Assembly (NCBI GenBank): GCA_973895155.1
Contig: OZ316893.1
Span: 2,562,430 to 2,626,429, forward strand
Source of the DNA: Marsupella aquatica
Lineage: Eukaryota > Plantae > Marchantiophyta
DNA: 64,000 nt
Direction of reading: 5' to 3'
The notes beneath the pieces were generated by a model that saw only the letters and a list, made by a program, of their open reading frames with translations, was not told the DNA's origin and did no database searches. The first letter of the stretch is position 1, and every line of letters begins with the position of its first letter. Shown in pieces: positions 53,051-64,000 of this stretch. The position numbers were made by a program, and so were the translations under genes.

Positions 53051-53336
53051 TTCACTTTGGTCGATATCAAAATTATACACATAGATGCAAAGTGACGACA
53101 TACATTCCACATACAGGCTAGCTCACCTATTCTCCATCACTTTCACATCAAGTCACCTCAGCGCAGCACTCACTCGGCGATTACTCACAGTCCTAGCACT
53201 CACTCAGCAACGACTCACAGTCCTGTATTCCAGCTCCATCTTGCCAAAACTTAGCTCAACTCCAGCTCACGGTTGAGTCCAAATCATTCTTCAGCTCCAA
53301 CTCACAGTTCAGGGTCTCAGCACTTGCACCAAAGCA

Positions 53337-53538
53337 CAACTTGATGTAGCTCTCGCTCCAAACTTTCCCGCAACTCACAAGATTGACCTTCAGATTTTGA
53401 GCTCCCACTATACTTGCTACTTGACCTAGCAAACTAACTTGATGTAGCTCACGCTCCAAACTTTCCCGCAACTCACCTTACTCATAAGATCGAATTCCAG
53501 ATTTTGAACTCCCACTATACTTGCTACTTGACCTAGCA
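53337..53538. repeat. Tandem duplication of ~100 bp
   Basis: AACTTGATGTAGCTC.CGCTCCAAACTTTCCCGCAACTCAC...CCCACTATACTTGCTACTTGACCTAGCA occurs twice. Confidence 0.8.
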
Positions 53539-56067
53539 CGCCCTACCTTGCAGGCACTCACACAGCAGTGCGCACAAGAAATCCACTCAATGTGAACTTT
53601 TCACCCAAAACATGAGCGGGAGACATGCACTGAAAAATGGGACATTAATTCAAGTTAGAGGAAATGGAGGGAACCCTTGCCATCAAATTTGGCTTGGCCA
53701 TAAGGAAAAGCGGAGGATGGCTGGCCATAGCTTTTGCACAAACTTGATTATTCAAAAGGTTTATTTTTTATTTTTCAGTAACCTCTTCATTCACTTATGA
53801 TCAAGACATATATCCAATTGTTATGGCAAAAAGTGATAAATTATGACTTCGGTAGTTCATAACTTGTTCTGCCCATAAACTGTCCACCCGCCTGTCCATA
53901 ACTTGTGATGTCTGTATGTAAGCAACTTTGAGACACATTATTTGAAACTTTGAGATGCCTTATTGGTTTACATGGTTCAAGGCCATATTGGTTAGTGTCA
54001 CTACTGAAAAATATGACATTGTAAAGTGTGGCATTGGTTAGTGCCAACCTCCCTCAAAGTCTTGAGTTGGCACAAGTTGTTCAGATGGTCGGCACTAGAC
54101 ATTGATCGAAGATAATGGAGCCAACTGTTACGTGGAAGTTCCCATTGATATAACCGTGCATCCTCTTACACAAAACAGTAGTCCAACTTACTGATCCCCA
54201 ACATTTGGTCATAAACAATGGGTCACATTTGGGGAAAGGGTATATTAATTATATTTGGCGCAAATTAATGTACACCATGAGATTAAATAACTTAAGCCAT
54301 GGCACAATTGAGTTCTTTAGGTATAGAACTAAATTGTAATGTCCTTATGCTACTTATCATCAAATCCTTTTGACTTACTTACCACAGTCACATGAATGAC
54401 TCTCCAATGAGTCAGGAGTAACATATCTTTTCATTACCTGAAAAACTCTTAGTTAACCGTGAACATAGTGGTTCAATGGGCAAAGGCAAGGGAGGGCCAA
54501 GAGGGGGTACCTCACTACATACAATAGTGTCATGTGCCAAAGAAAGCAAAAAATAAATAGAGTTAGAGTGAAAAGACGCAAACATGACGTTTTTACTTGA
54601 AAAGTAGAAAAATGTGATTTTATAAAAGAATGAACAGTAAGCAGATAAGAGGGCAATGACTAAACTATTTTTTAAGTTGAAAAGGAGGAAAGAATCTTTA
54701 AAAAGTGAATAGTAAAGGAATGAAAGCGCAATGACTGCATTACATGACAAAAGAGAAAAGAATAATAAAAGAACTTAGTTAAATTCTTGACTTAGCACAT
54801 ATGATAAAAGAGAAGACTCCGACACTGTCTCCCTCCTAGAACAAGTAAAAACAAATATTGTGTTTGCTGCATGCGGACAAACATACCCTATCTGAATCAA
54901 GAAAGAATAAAGATTATGTTTCATTTGCAAAGAGGTATGCTATCAAAATTTAGTATTCAATTTGTCATTATAAATACAATTGACTCCAAAGTACAAGAAG
55001 TATTAGGGGTGCAGAGTCGGGCTGGCAGTCGGGTGGAGACTAATACCTTCCAAACTTGGGCCTTTCCAGGTTTTGGTGATTGCTAACCCACAAGACATAA
55101 ATAAAACCCTCATAGAAACTGTCACAACAAGGTCACTTCTCAGGTCGCTTACGGAATGATGGGAATACATAACGCAGACTCTCAAGAGTTTGGCAATTGT
55201 TTCTGCTTGCCATAGAGTTGTTTAGTTCGAGGATACTTCTTTCATTTCATAAAACTTAACCCAACTCAGATTGTTCATTGAGCTAACTTTGGGGAATGAG
55301 TATAACTTGCCCACTTGAAGGGTGTTTTTAATCCCATTCCGACTAATTTTTATAATTAAATTACAACAAACCAACCTCCAAATTTATACAAGTTTGGGTT
55401 TATAAGTCAGAAAGATATTTCCAAAGTGGTGGCATATTAATCAGACTGAAGGGGTCTTATAATGTATGTGCCATGCGTCATTGTATAAGTGGTCCATGTG
55501 GCAAGGTCTCTTTGCAATATGTGGCAAATCCTTATATTTCCATTTTAATGGGTGCGCCTATCCTAAGGTAAAAGCAGGGGTAAAAGGGTTTTGGGGGTTT
55601 AGTGAGGGGGTAAGTTTGGGAAAGGCTTTGGTATGACAGATTCAGAGTTTTGTGGGGAGTGCACAGATCAAAGTCTTGAAAGGTCCAGATCTTTTGTCTT
55701 AGAGCCTATACCAGTTTTGGGGACCAGTTTGGCCAAACTGGTCATTCAAACATAATTATATAAATTGTATGTGTGACTGTATGCATCCTTTTGTTTGGAA
55801 TACTTGTGTATCTGGTATGCTAGCCCTATGTTGGGTTTTCCTAATTATAATTCCTGAATGGGTTTTCAAATATAGATTTCACCAGTTTTATAAGGCACCT
55901 AAGGGTGTAAAACGTTATCAGAAATTAATTTTTTACATATAACAACGATATACTTAATATACATAGAGTGAGGGCCCGGGCACAGGTCCCCCACCCCTAG
56001 ACTGCCCCTAATCCCCATGACTAATCATTTACTTTAGGCAATCATTTCAATTTTTATTATGTGTGAC

Positions 56068-56106
56068 TTTAGGGTTTAGGGTTTAGGGTTTAGGGTTTAG
56101 GGTTTA
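56068..56106 (+). repeat. Interstitial plant telomeric repeat (TTTAGGG)5
   Basis: Five perfect TTTAGGG units followed by TTTA. Confidence 0.9.
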
Positions 56107-57214
56107 CATGATCAAATTGCATAATGATTTGTGGACAAATAGAAAAATGACACTCCCCTTCTTTGACTACGACCCTTGGTTTCTTAAAAATAATATCAAG
56201 ATTTTGGAAATTATATAATTTTGAGCAAAAGAAGAGGCCCTCTTGAAGGATATTTCTTGTCTCCCAATAGCTTTTGGTCACACAAAGATTCATTGAGCTA
56301 ACTATCCCTAAGGAGATATTTATAACCTCATGGATGTGCTTCCTACCAAAATACCCTTATTTTCACAACTACCCAGGGTTTTCCTCAAACTTTTCAAGTG
56401 TTAATCTATTATTGAGAACGTACAATGCATTTGAGCTCCGTCCTGGTAATGCTCCTGGAGACCCTGAGCACTATGATTTCATCTCACAATGCCAAATTCA
56501 AACACAACAACAATTTGCAAACACAACACCACATACTTACAAAAAGCCAAAACAGAGAGTCAAAACCTATATAGTAGAGTAACAAAGTAAAGACTTAATC
56601 ACTATGTGGAACTTGTGGGGAAACTTGGAGATAATAGTTATGTCTCTACCTAACAGATTGATCGTCCAGTGAGATCTTTTCATGTTGGTCCAGGAGTCTA
56701 ATTCTGGATTTTGAAGTGTTGTGGTTAGAAATTTGTTCTCTAAGCCGTAGTATGCTTGTCACATTATAAGAAAGCTAGGTTCTTTTTAAGGTTTATCAAA
56801 ATGCAGTAGTTCATCTGACAACTTAATGTATCTTGGTTCTGTAGGGGTGGTAGATGGTTCCTATGCGATGGTCTTCAAACATATTGTTTATGGTCAGCTG
56901 AAGAACCAAGGTATAACCATTTGATTCAACACAACTTGGAGTTCTCAATTTCTAGTACAGATTAACTAGACATATCAGGATTCAACCCCGGATTCAACTA
57001 AGTATCTTCAGTTGTGATTATTCTACTAGGGAGTTTGAGGTAAGGATCTCAATGGCTGGAAAGTTTCCCATCCTAACTTGCTCTGGGACTTGCTCTTGTA
57101 CTCCATTTTTTTGCCGTTAGGCATGGCATTGCTCTTACATAATTATCCTTTTGATGGCTTTGATTAAAGCTGCTATTGCATACCCTTTTGACTGTGTTGC
57201 TTAAACCTGCTTCG

Positions 57215-57635
57215 TGTTGAGCATAGACGACGATCGCAACGGCAAGCCCATGAACCATCCAACGCACAATAGTCGACACAAGAGATACGTGGTTCACCTC
57301 CTTGAGGCTACGTCCACGGGAACACACAAGAGAGCTTTACTGAACTCTAAGCCCGTCGGCTATACCGAGTCTCCACAGTGTAAGCTCTCCCTATCTCTCA
57401 AGTGGCTCCATAACAATGAGCCTTGGTTCTACCTCTCCAAGCACACATGCCTCTTATGATATAGTGTGCAACTTAGTTGTACCTAACCACATAGTTGTAC
57501 CTAATCACGTAGTTGTACCTAACCACATAGTTGTACCTAATCACGTAGTTGTACCTAACCACGTAGTTGTACCAACCCACGTTGTTGTACCAACCACGTC
57601 ATACCTAACCTAGACGTAAGAGTAAATACCCAACA
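57215..57635 (-). repeat. 3' LTR of the copia element
   Basis: Near-identical to 63289-63727; I see 2 substitutions and one fewer 18-bp repeat unit. Confidence 0.95.
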
Positions 57636-57826
57636 ATCTTCCCCTTGACTCTGGTCTAGGGGAGAGTAATACTGCCAATGTATATGATCCCTCAGCGGGA
57701 AGTTCTGGACAGAAACCAAACCGGTTTCCCTCTCTAACTAGAGCAAACCAGAACTAAGCCGTAGCCTAATACATAGGAATGAGGAAGAGCATATATCAGT
57801 AATTACAATGAATGTTTAAGAAAACT

Positions 57827-60800
57827 CTACTTGTGATGCAATTGCAAAACCTGCAATACGTCACGGTGTCTAGAGAAACTCTCCAAAGGAATCACTTTGG
57901 TAAATGCGTCAGCCGGGTTGAGTTTACCATCAATCTTGACTAGCTCAAACAAATTATCAGACACAGCCTGCCTGATAAAATGGTACCTGACGTCAATGTG
58001 CTTCACTCTGCTGTCCATCACCTGGTTCACAGCAAGGTGGAGCGCACTTTGACTATCACAATGGAGCTTCACATTCCCCTGTGGCAATCCCATTTCAGTG
58101 ATAAGTCTATCCAACCAAATCGCTTCCTTTGCTGCTTCCGCAGCTGCAACATACTCCGCTTCTGTAGTAGACTGAGCAATACACTTCTGCAAAGTAGACC
58201 TCCAACTTATGCATCCACCGCCAAGTGTGAACACGTATCCTGTTGTTGATCTCCTTCGGTCCAAATCTTGTCCATAGTCAGAATCTACATAGCCAATCAA
58301 TGATCTAGCATTCTTTGCATTCGCATCAAATAAAAGACCATGATCCACGGTACCCTTCAAGTACCTGATAATCCACTTCACTGCTTCCCAGTGTACCTTC
58401 CCTGGATTCGACATGTACCTGCTCACCTTGCCCATAGCCATGGCAAGATCAGGTCTAGTGCAAGTCATCAAATACATGAGACTCCCCACTGCCTTGTCAT
58501 ATGGAACCTTTGACATCAACCCCTTCTCTGTGTCATCCGTAGGACAGAACGCTGATGATAACTTGAAGTGTGGAGCCAACGGGGTACTTACTGGCTTGCT
58601 ATTCTCCATGTTGAACCTTGCAATTACCTTCCTCGCATAACTGCTCTGCGTCAACCATAGCTTGCCAACCTCCAAGTCCCTAGTGATCTCCATACCCAAA
58701 ATCCTCTTAGCTGGCCCTAAGTCCTTCATCTTAAACTCTGCACTAAGCAGTGCCTTGAGCTTAACAATCTCAGACCTATCCTTGGCTGCAATTAGCATGT
58801 CATCCACATAAAGTACTAAAACAATGAACCCAAAGACAACATTCTTCACCGGTTTCAAATACACACAAGGGTCAAATACACTTCTGTGAAAACCTTGTGA
58901 CCGAATCCAATCGTCAAACCGCTTGTTCCACTGTCTTGGTGACTGCTTCAACCCATACAAGGATTTCAGCAATCTGCAAACCAATTCCTCCTGTCCTCTC
59001 TTCACAAAACCTAGCGGTTGTCTCATGAAGATCACCTCTTCCAATGTGCCATAGAGGAAAGCTGTGACAACATCCATCTGATCTAGGAGCAGACCAAACA
59101 TTACAACAAGTACACACAATAGTCGTATTGTAGAGTACTTAGCAACTGGTGAGAAGACCTCATTGTAATCCACACCTTTCTCTTGTGTGAATCCCTTTGC
59201 TACCAATCTAGCCTTGTAGACCTTCGATCCACCTCCTATGGAATTATCCTTCAGCTTGTAAATCCACTTGCTGTCCACCACTTGCTGACCCTTAGGCAGC
59301 TGAACAAGCTCCCAAGTTTTGTTGTCCTTTAGTGACTGCATCTCCGTTTGCATTGCTGCAGTCCACTTCTGCTTCTCCTTTGAAGCACTTGCCTCATGAA
59401 ATGAAGAAGGTTCTCCTTCTTCCAAAATTAACGCATCACCCTCATCATCAGCTGTAAAATCATCCTCTTGCAGTTGAGATGAATCAACCCACTGTCCATA
59501 CCTTGATGGAGCGCGTACAGTGCGACCAGATGTTCTTCTAGCTGATGACTCCGGTTGATCTGCGTGTGCTGGTACAATTTGAAGCTCAACAACATCCACT
59601 TGCTGCTCACCAGCATCAACAAACTCCTCTGGTTCCTCTGGCACAGGAACCAGCTCCATAATTGGAGCAACTCCTTCTCTCTGGTCATGCACCTCATAAC
59701 CAATCTCCCCCTCAACGAGATCCGGGATAGGAGATTTTCCTTTGTCAGTACGGGAGACCTGAGTATTCTCCCCCTCCTTCAATAATCTGGATTCATTGAA
59801 GGAAACATCCCTACTGACAACGAGCTTACAGGCAATAGGATCCCATAGCCTATAGGCTTTCACACCACTCTGGTACCCAAGAAAAACACATTTCCTGGAG
59901 GTAGGATCCAACTTGGTCCTATTCTGCTTTGGTGTGAGAGCATATGCATCACTTCCAAAAATTACCAAGCCATGATAGTCTGCTTGCCGCTTATAGCGCA
60001 TCTCAAACGGCGTTTTGAAATTGATAGCACTAGAAGGAGAAAGATTTACCAAATAAGTTGCGGTATTGACAGCTTCTGCCCAAAATTCTTGTGGTAAACC
60101 TGATTGGCTCAACATACTCCGTGACCGCTCCAACAGTGTCCGATTGAGCCTCTCAGCGACACCATTCTGCTGCGGAGTATAAACTGTGGTGAGATGGCGA
60201 GTTATCCCCTGTTCTGAACAGTACTCTTCAAATTCCATTGAAGTGTACTCCCCGCCGTTGTCTGACCTCAAACTCTTCACCCTTGTATCTAAACACTTGA
60301 TCGTGTTTCCAGTCTGATTCTTCACTTGGGCCTTCCACTTCTTAAAAATGGACAAGACATCAGACTTATGCGTCATGAAATAAATCCACACAAATCTTGA
60401 GTAATCATCAATAAATGATACATAGTACAACTTTCCAGATTGTGAGGGAGTCGGGGATGGACCCCACACGTCACTATGTATGTACTCAAGAACCGCTTTG
60501 GAACGATGAGTTCCAACACCAAAAGCACGACGATGTTGCTTTCCAAAAATGCAATGCTCACAGAACTCTAATTTACAAGATTGAAAATTAGAAATGAGTC
60601 CATTCTTCTGTAAGATAGCCAAACCCTTCTCACTCATGTGGCCTAGCCGTGAATGCCACAGTTGAGTCATCTCCTCGTGAGACTTGGTTACATTGGCCTC
60701 TCCACATACAGTATTGTCCTGTAACACATACAAATTCTTTTGTCTACTCCCCTTCAAAATCACTATCTCTCCCGACCTGACTTGAAGTTCACCATCAATA

Positions 60801-61099
60801 ACGCTCCATTGATGACCATTTGAATCCAACACACCGAGTGAAATCAGATTCTTACGCATGCCAGGTACATACCTGACTCCGGACACTGTGCGCACAGCGC
60901 CATCAAACATTTGAATCTTCACAGACCCAATTCCCTCAATTTGACAAGAGTGATCATTTCCCATCAGAACTGAACCGTTTGAAATAGAGTAAGAACTTAA
61001 AAACTCACGAATGTAACAAATATGAAAAGAGCAAGCACAATCAAGAATCCACACATCATCTGCTCTCCTAGATGACGTGCACAGGGCATACCCCCGGCT
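57827..61099 (-). CDS. pol: Copia pol (protease, integrase, reverse transcriptase, RNase H)
   Basis: WILDCACSFH (protease); LWHSRLGH..C..C; HSDVWGP, LRSDNGGEY, QNGVAER (integrase); YKARLVAKG, LYGLKQSPRQW, YVDD (RT); YVDSD, TEAEY, CDSQSA, ADAFTK (RNase H). The frame is uninterrupted. Confidence 0.95.
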   Translation of the reverse strand, partial: SRGYALCTSSRRADDVWILDCACSFHICYIREFLSSYSISNGSVLMGNDHSCQIEGIGSVKIQMFDGAVRTVSGVRYVPGMRKNLISLGVLDSNGHQWSVIDGELQVRSGEIVILKGSRQKNLYVLQDNTVCGEANVTKSHEEMTQLWHSRLGHMSEKGLAILQKNGLISNFQSCKLEFCEHCIFGKQHRRAFGVGTHRSKAVLEYIHSDVWGPSPTPSQSGKLYYVSFIDDYSRFVWIYFMTHKSDVLSIFKKWKAQVKNQTGNTIKCLDTRVKSLRSDNGGEYTSMEFEEYCSEQGITRHLTTVYTPQQNGVAERLNRTLLERSRSMLSQSGLPQEFWAEAVNTATYLVNLSPSSAINFKTPFEMRYKRQADYHGLVIFGSDAYALTPKQNRTKLDPTSRKCVFLGYQSGVKAYRLWDPIACKLVVSRDVSFNESRLLKEGENTQVSRTDKGKSPIPDLVEGEIGYEVHDQREGVAPIMELVPVPEEPEEFVDAGEQQVDVVELQIVPAHADQPESSARRTSGRTVRAPSRYGQWVDSSQLQEDDFTADDEGDALILEEGEPSSFHEASASKEKQKWTAAMQTEMQSLKDNKTWELVQLPKGQQVVDSKWIYKLKDNSIGGGSKVYKARLVAKGFTQEKGVDYNEVFSPVAKYSTIRLLCVLVVMFGLLLDQMDVVTAFLYGTLEEVIFMRQPLGFVKRGQEELVCRLLKSLYGLKQSPRQWNKRFDDWIRSQGFHRSVFDPCVYLKPVKNVVFGFIVLVLYVDDMLIAAKDRSEIVKLKALLSAEFKMKDLGPAKRILGMEITRDLEVGKLWLTQSSYARKVIARFNMENSKPVSTPLAPHFKLSSAFCPTDDTEKGLMSKVPYDKAVGSLMYLMTCTRPDLAMAMGKVSRYMSNPGKVHWEAVKWIIRYLKGTVDHGLLFDANAKNARSLIGYVDSDYGQDLDRRRSTTGYVFTLGGGCISWRSTLQKCIAQSTTEAEYVAAAEAAKEAIWLDRLITEMGLPQGNVKLHCDSQSALHLAVNQVMDSRVKHIDVRYHFIRQAVSDNLFELVKIDGKLNPADAFTKVIPLESFSRHRDVLQVLQLHHK

Positions 61100-62134
61100 T
61101 CATAAAACATACTCATCATTGAGTAAATCAGCTTCTCCATCAGCCCTAGCCACATTTGCCGATGAAGTTTCCGCTGCCTTTCCCTTACAGTCTCGCTTGA
61201 AGTGTCCAACTTGGTTGCACTTCCAACATGTCATCTGCCTCCTCTGAGGGGATTTACCCTTGGACTTAGATCTGGATTTAGATCTAAACTGGGTTCTACG
61301 GTCCCCAGTTGGTCGCTGCATACTCCTCCCACGGTTAACATTGAGGGCAGCACCAGATGATGAAGGCTGTGACGTGATGTGCATCTTCTGCTGAAGATCA
61401 TCACTAAGCAGAGAACTTACCACGTCATTGTATGAAATGGTATCCCTATCACGATGCAACAACACTCGTGATAGGGACTGGTAAGATGGAGGCAATGAAC
61501 TAAGAAGCTGTAGAGCCTTCGTCTCATCATTCAAAGTCTCCCCAAGGTTTTCCAAGTCAACGACCATGTCGTTGAAAGCATCCACATGGTCTTGCAACTT
61601 CGTACCAGATTCCTTCATCCTGAAACTCATCAGTTTGTAGGAAGTGTAGAGCCGGTTCGACAACTCCTTGCGGTGATACTTGCTCTGCAATTCCGCAAAT
61701 AAGGACATGCAATCCTTATGTGCACCCAACTGCTTGATGATGGGAGGCATGAGATAGAGTGTAACACACCACACTCCCTGCTCCTGCATGCGGTCCCATT
61801 GTTTCTCATCAACATCATCTTCACGAGGGCTCAGCAGTTGGCCCATCCCTGACGCATAAAGCACTCCCTTCACCTGCTTCTCCCATAGCAAGTAGTCAGA
61901 GCGCCCATCATACTTTGTCACTTCATACTTGGGTCCCCCAAGCTTGAAAGTCCCCATCTTCTTCTTTACTGTGAGCTCCGGTAGTAGTACTGCTTCCTCC
62001 ACCACACGCCGCACCGGTGATGGTATCGGTGTCACGTGCTCTTCCTCCTGCTCCTCTCTCTGCCCCTGAAACCTCCGCGGTGACCCTCGTGCTTCAAGTT
62101 CCACGTCTTCGAAAAACTCCTCCGAATCACTCAT
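61100..62134 (-). CDS. gag: Copia gag
   Basis: KYDG..Y.LW; LLSSLPPSY (UBN2-type gag); CWKCNQVGHFKRDC zinc knuckle; ends in TGA in frame with pol. Confidence 0.93.
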   Translation of the reverse strand: MSDSEEFFEDVELEARGSPRRFQGQREEQEEEHVTPIPSPVRRVVEEAVLLPELTVKKKMGTFKLGGPKYEVTKYDGRSDYLLWEKQVKGVLYASGMGQLLSPREDDVDEKQWDRMQEQGVWCVTLYLMPPIIKQLGAHKDCMSLFAELQSKYHRKELSNRLYTSYKLMSFRMKESGTKLQDHVDAFNDMVVDLENLGETLNDETKALQLLSSLPPSYQSLSRVLLHRDRDTISYNDVVSSLLSDDLQQKMHITSQPSSSGAALNVNRGRSMQRPTGDRRTQFRSKSRSKSKGKSPQRRQMTCWKCNQVGHFKRDCKGKAAETSSANVARADGEADLLNDEYVL

Positions 62135-63288
62135 ATGAGAAAGTCACAAAAAATGTTGTTTTTCACAACTTCTCAAAAAACTCGAAACTCAACACCGCCG
62201 CGTAGCCCACAAAGCTAGGAGTCCAATACTGAAAACCGAAATCAAAATCGAAATTTGACGGAAAAGTTATTCAAATTTTGGTCGAGGTGGGTAAAACCTT
62301 GGGAAACTCCCCCGTTTTGACCACCTCAGGGAATAACCAAAATACCAAGTACAACCCGTTGTCGGAATTGCGATGTGATTGGTGCGCTGCATTGCCAACT
62401 TCAATGGCTACGACCTCGCCGAAAAACAACCAAAAAAGTTACCGTTCGGCGGATGAAATCTTTGTCGGACGGTCAAAAAATAGCTCTCTGGTTTTTTGGA
62501 ATATTCTATGACCCTTGTACAGGCCCTGTGGGAATTTTGAAAGAACAATCGAGGGGCTGACATGTGTCCTCGAACCCCCAAAACCCCCTACCACCCTTCG
62601 TCGTCGAAATCTGGTCGCGCGCGCAGAAAATACACACGGCAGAATGTACCCCTCGACACCAAACGCAAGATATCTCACTCGGGTTTTGACTAAATCAAGA
62701 TCCGATTTCAGATTTGGAAACTAGACTCCGAGGTGATGAAGATCGATATAAGAAGCACCCAAAACGAGGAAAGAACAAGGGAGAAAAAAATTGGTAAAGA
62801 TGACAGATTTCTCTCAATTGCCATAGCCAATTTCGAATCAGTTTTTCAAAGAGAAAAAAATGGTACCTTGTCAACAACGAATGTTGATCAATTGCACTTG
62901 GTGCCGTCACCAAGTCCAACAAGGTAATTGATTTTGCTTAGCCTTCCTCTTTGCATCAAAGAGCCAATCCCGGACTCAAAAACAATCGTCTTGCCTCAAT
63001 CTCTCCGTTGAGTCAAAACACTTGATGCTTCTCCCTCTGAGTCGATTGCCAACTTTCTTCACAAAATCCAGAACGACGAAAACTTAGATCTCTCTGCACC
63101 ACGAGCTCCGTTCAACGATTTCTTCACACCGTTAGAAAGCTCTTGCCCTGATCTATCCGTTGAGCCTATAAACTCCAAGTTCCATGCGATGGAACTCTGG
63201 AAAATCCACCAACACTCAACGCTGGAAAAACCGTCATGAAATCCCGTCACGAACACACGTCACCTCCCAAGCATGCTCTGATACCAAT

Positions 63289-63727
63289 TGTTGAGCATAG
63301 ACGACGATCGCAACGGCAAGCCCATGAACCATCCAACGCACAATAGTCGACACAAGAGATACGTGGTTCACCTCCTTGAGGCTACGTCCACGGGAACACA
63401 CAAGAGAGCTTTACTGAACTCTAAGCCCGTCGGCTATACCGAGTCTCCACAGTGTAAGCTCTCCCTATCTCTCAAGTGGCTCCATAACAATGAGCCTTGG
63501 TCCTACCTCTCCAAGCACACATGCCTCTTATGATATAGTGTGCAACTTAGTTGTACCTAACCACATAGTTGTACCTAACCACATAGTTGTACCTAATCAC
63601 GTAGTTGTACCTAACCACATAGTTGTACCTAATCACGTAGTTGTACCTAACCACGTAGTTGTACCAACCCACGTTGTTGTACCAACCACGTCATACCTAA
63701 CCTAGACATAAGAGTAAATACCCAACA
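63289..63727 (-). repeat. 5' LTR of the copia element
   Basis: Adjacent to the PBS; TG...CA; followed by the CTTCG TSD. Confidence 0.95.
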
Positions 63728-64000
63728 CTTCGCCGAAAGCTGCTGTTGCATAATTACCATTTTTATACAGTACTTGTTTTGAAAAAGACTTCAATTGTTT
63801 TCTACCAGCTTCACGGTATGCAACAGCAGCTTTAATCAAAGCCATCAAAAGGGTTTAGAGTGTAGACTAGTGCTATCTCCTTGCTTTCCACATTCACAAA
63901 TTATTAGAGTATCTACTTACAATAATGGACACTTACAATAATGGACCCTTAATCTACTTTTACATGGTCCCCCAGGTCCATGAACACACCCTAATTTATT

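Larger units (their letters stand above)
57215..63727 (-). mobile_element. Full-length Ty1/copia LTR retrotransposon, recent insertion
   Basis: LTRs 63289-63727 (439 bp) and 57215-57635 (421 bp), both TG...CA. 5-bp TSD CTTCG. tRNA-iMet PBS TGGTATCAGAGCA at 63274-63286 (- strand). PPT AGTCAAGGGGAAGAT at 57636-57650 (- strand). Domain order gag-PR-INT-RT-RH. Confidence 0.97.
57147..63852. mobile_element. Small (~190 bp) foldback or MITE-like element split by the copia insertion
   Basis: 38-bp inverted repeats at 57147-57184 and 63815-63852 with one mismatch, flanking the copia insertion site. Confidence 0.65.

Noticed and set aside
40290-55505. Inverted similarity between ~40290-40370 and ~55420-55505 as TIRs bounding the ParB-like gene element
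   Set aside because: Similarity is weak by eye, there is no TSD, and a similar block occurs near 5335-5420, so this is more likely a dispersed repeat family. The element's boundaries remain unknown.
57416-57613. ORF with VVPNH repeats (also at 63490-63705)
   Set aside because: It is the translation of the 18-bp LTR tandem array on the antisense strand.

Overview
Eukaryotic nuclear DNA from a land plant: GT-AG introns, an ARC6 gene, TTTAGGG repeats, and Ty1/copia and CACTA elements. A non-seed plant such as a bryophyte is my inference. The left half holds host genes on the + strand: an AlkB-family dioxygenase with an N-terminal UBZ-type zinc finger, an STK16/NAK kinase, ARC6, and a divergent H2A.Z-like exon. 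An F-box fragment lies on the - strand. The right half is transposon-rich. (1) A complete 10,067-bp CACTA element (29901-39967, AAT TSD) carries an intact SET-domain ORF inside its transposase gene, placed so that alternative splicing could give either Zn-finger-SET or Zn-finger-TnpD. (2) A decayed multi-exon gene of roughly 1,800 aa on the - strand (48358 to ~41700) appears to combine a ParB-like domain, a degenerate beta-class N6/N4 DNA-methyltransferase-like fold, 33-aa repeats and an FCP1-like HAD domain. A palindrome (GCAAACCATGGTTTGC-like) is clustered upstream of it and recurs in its introns. (3) A young, full-length Ty1/copia element (57215-63727, CTTCG TSD) has a single in-frame stop between gag and pol and sits inside a small foldback element. 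Also present are a solo LTR, the right end of a second CACTA, MITE-like elements and an interstitial telomere tract. All domain calls come from motif recognition by eye; no searches were run.
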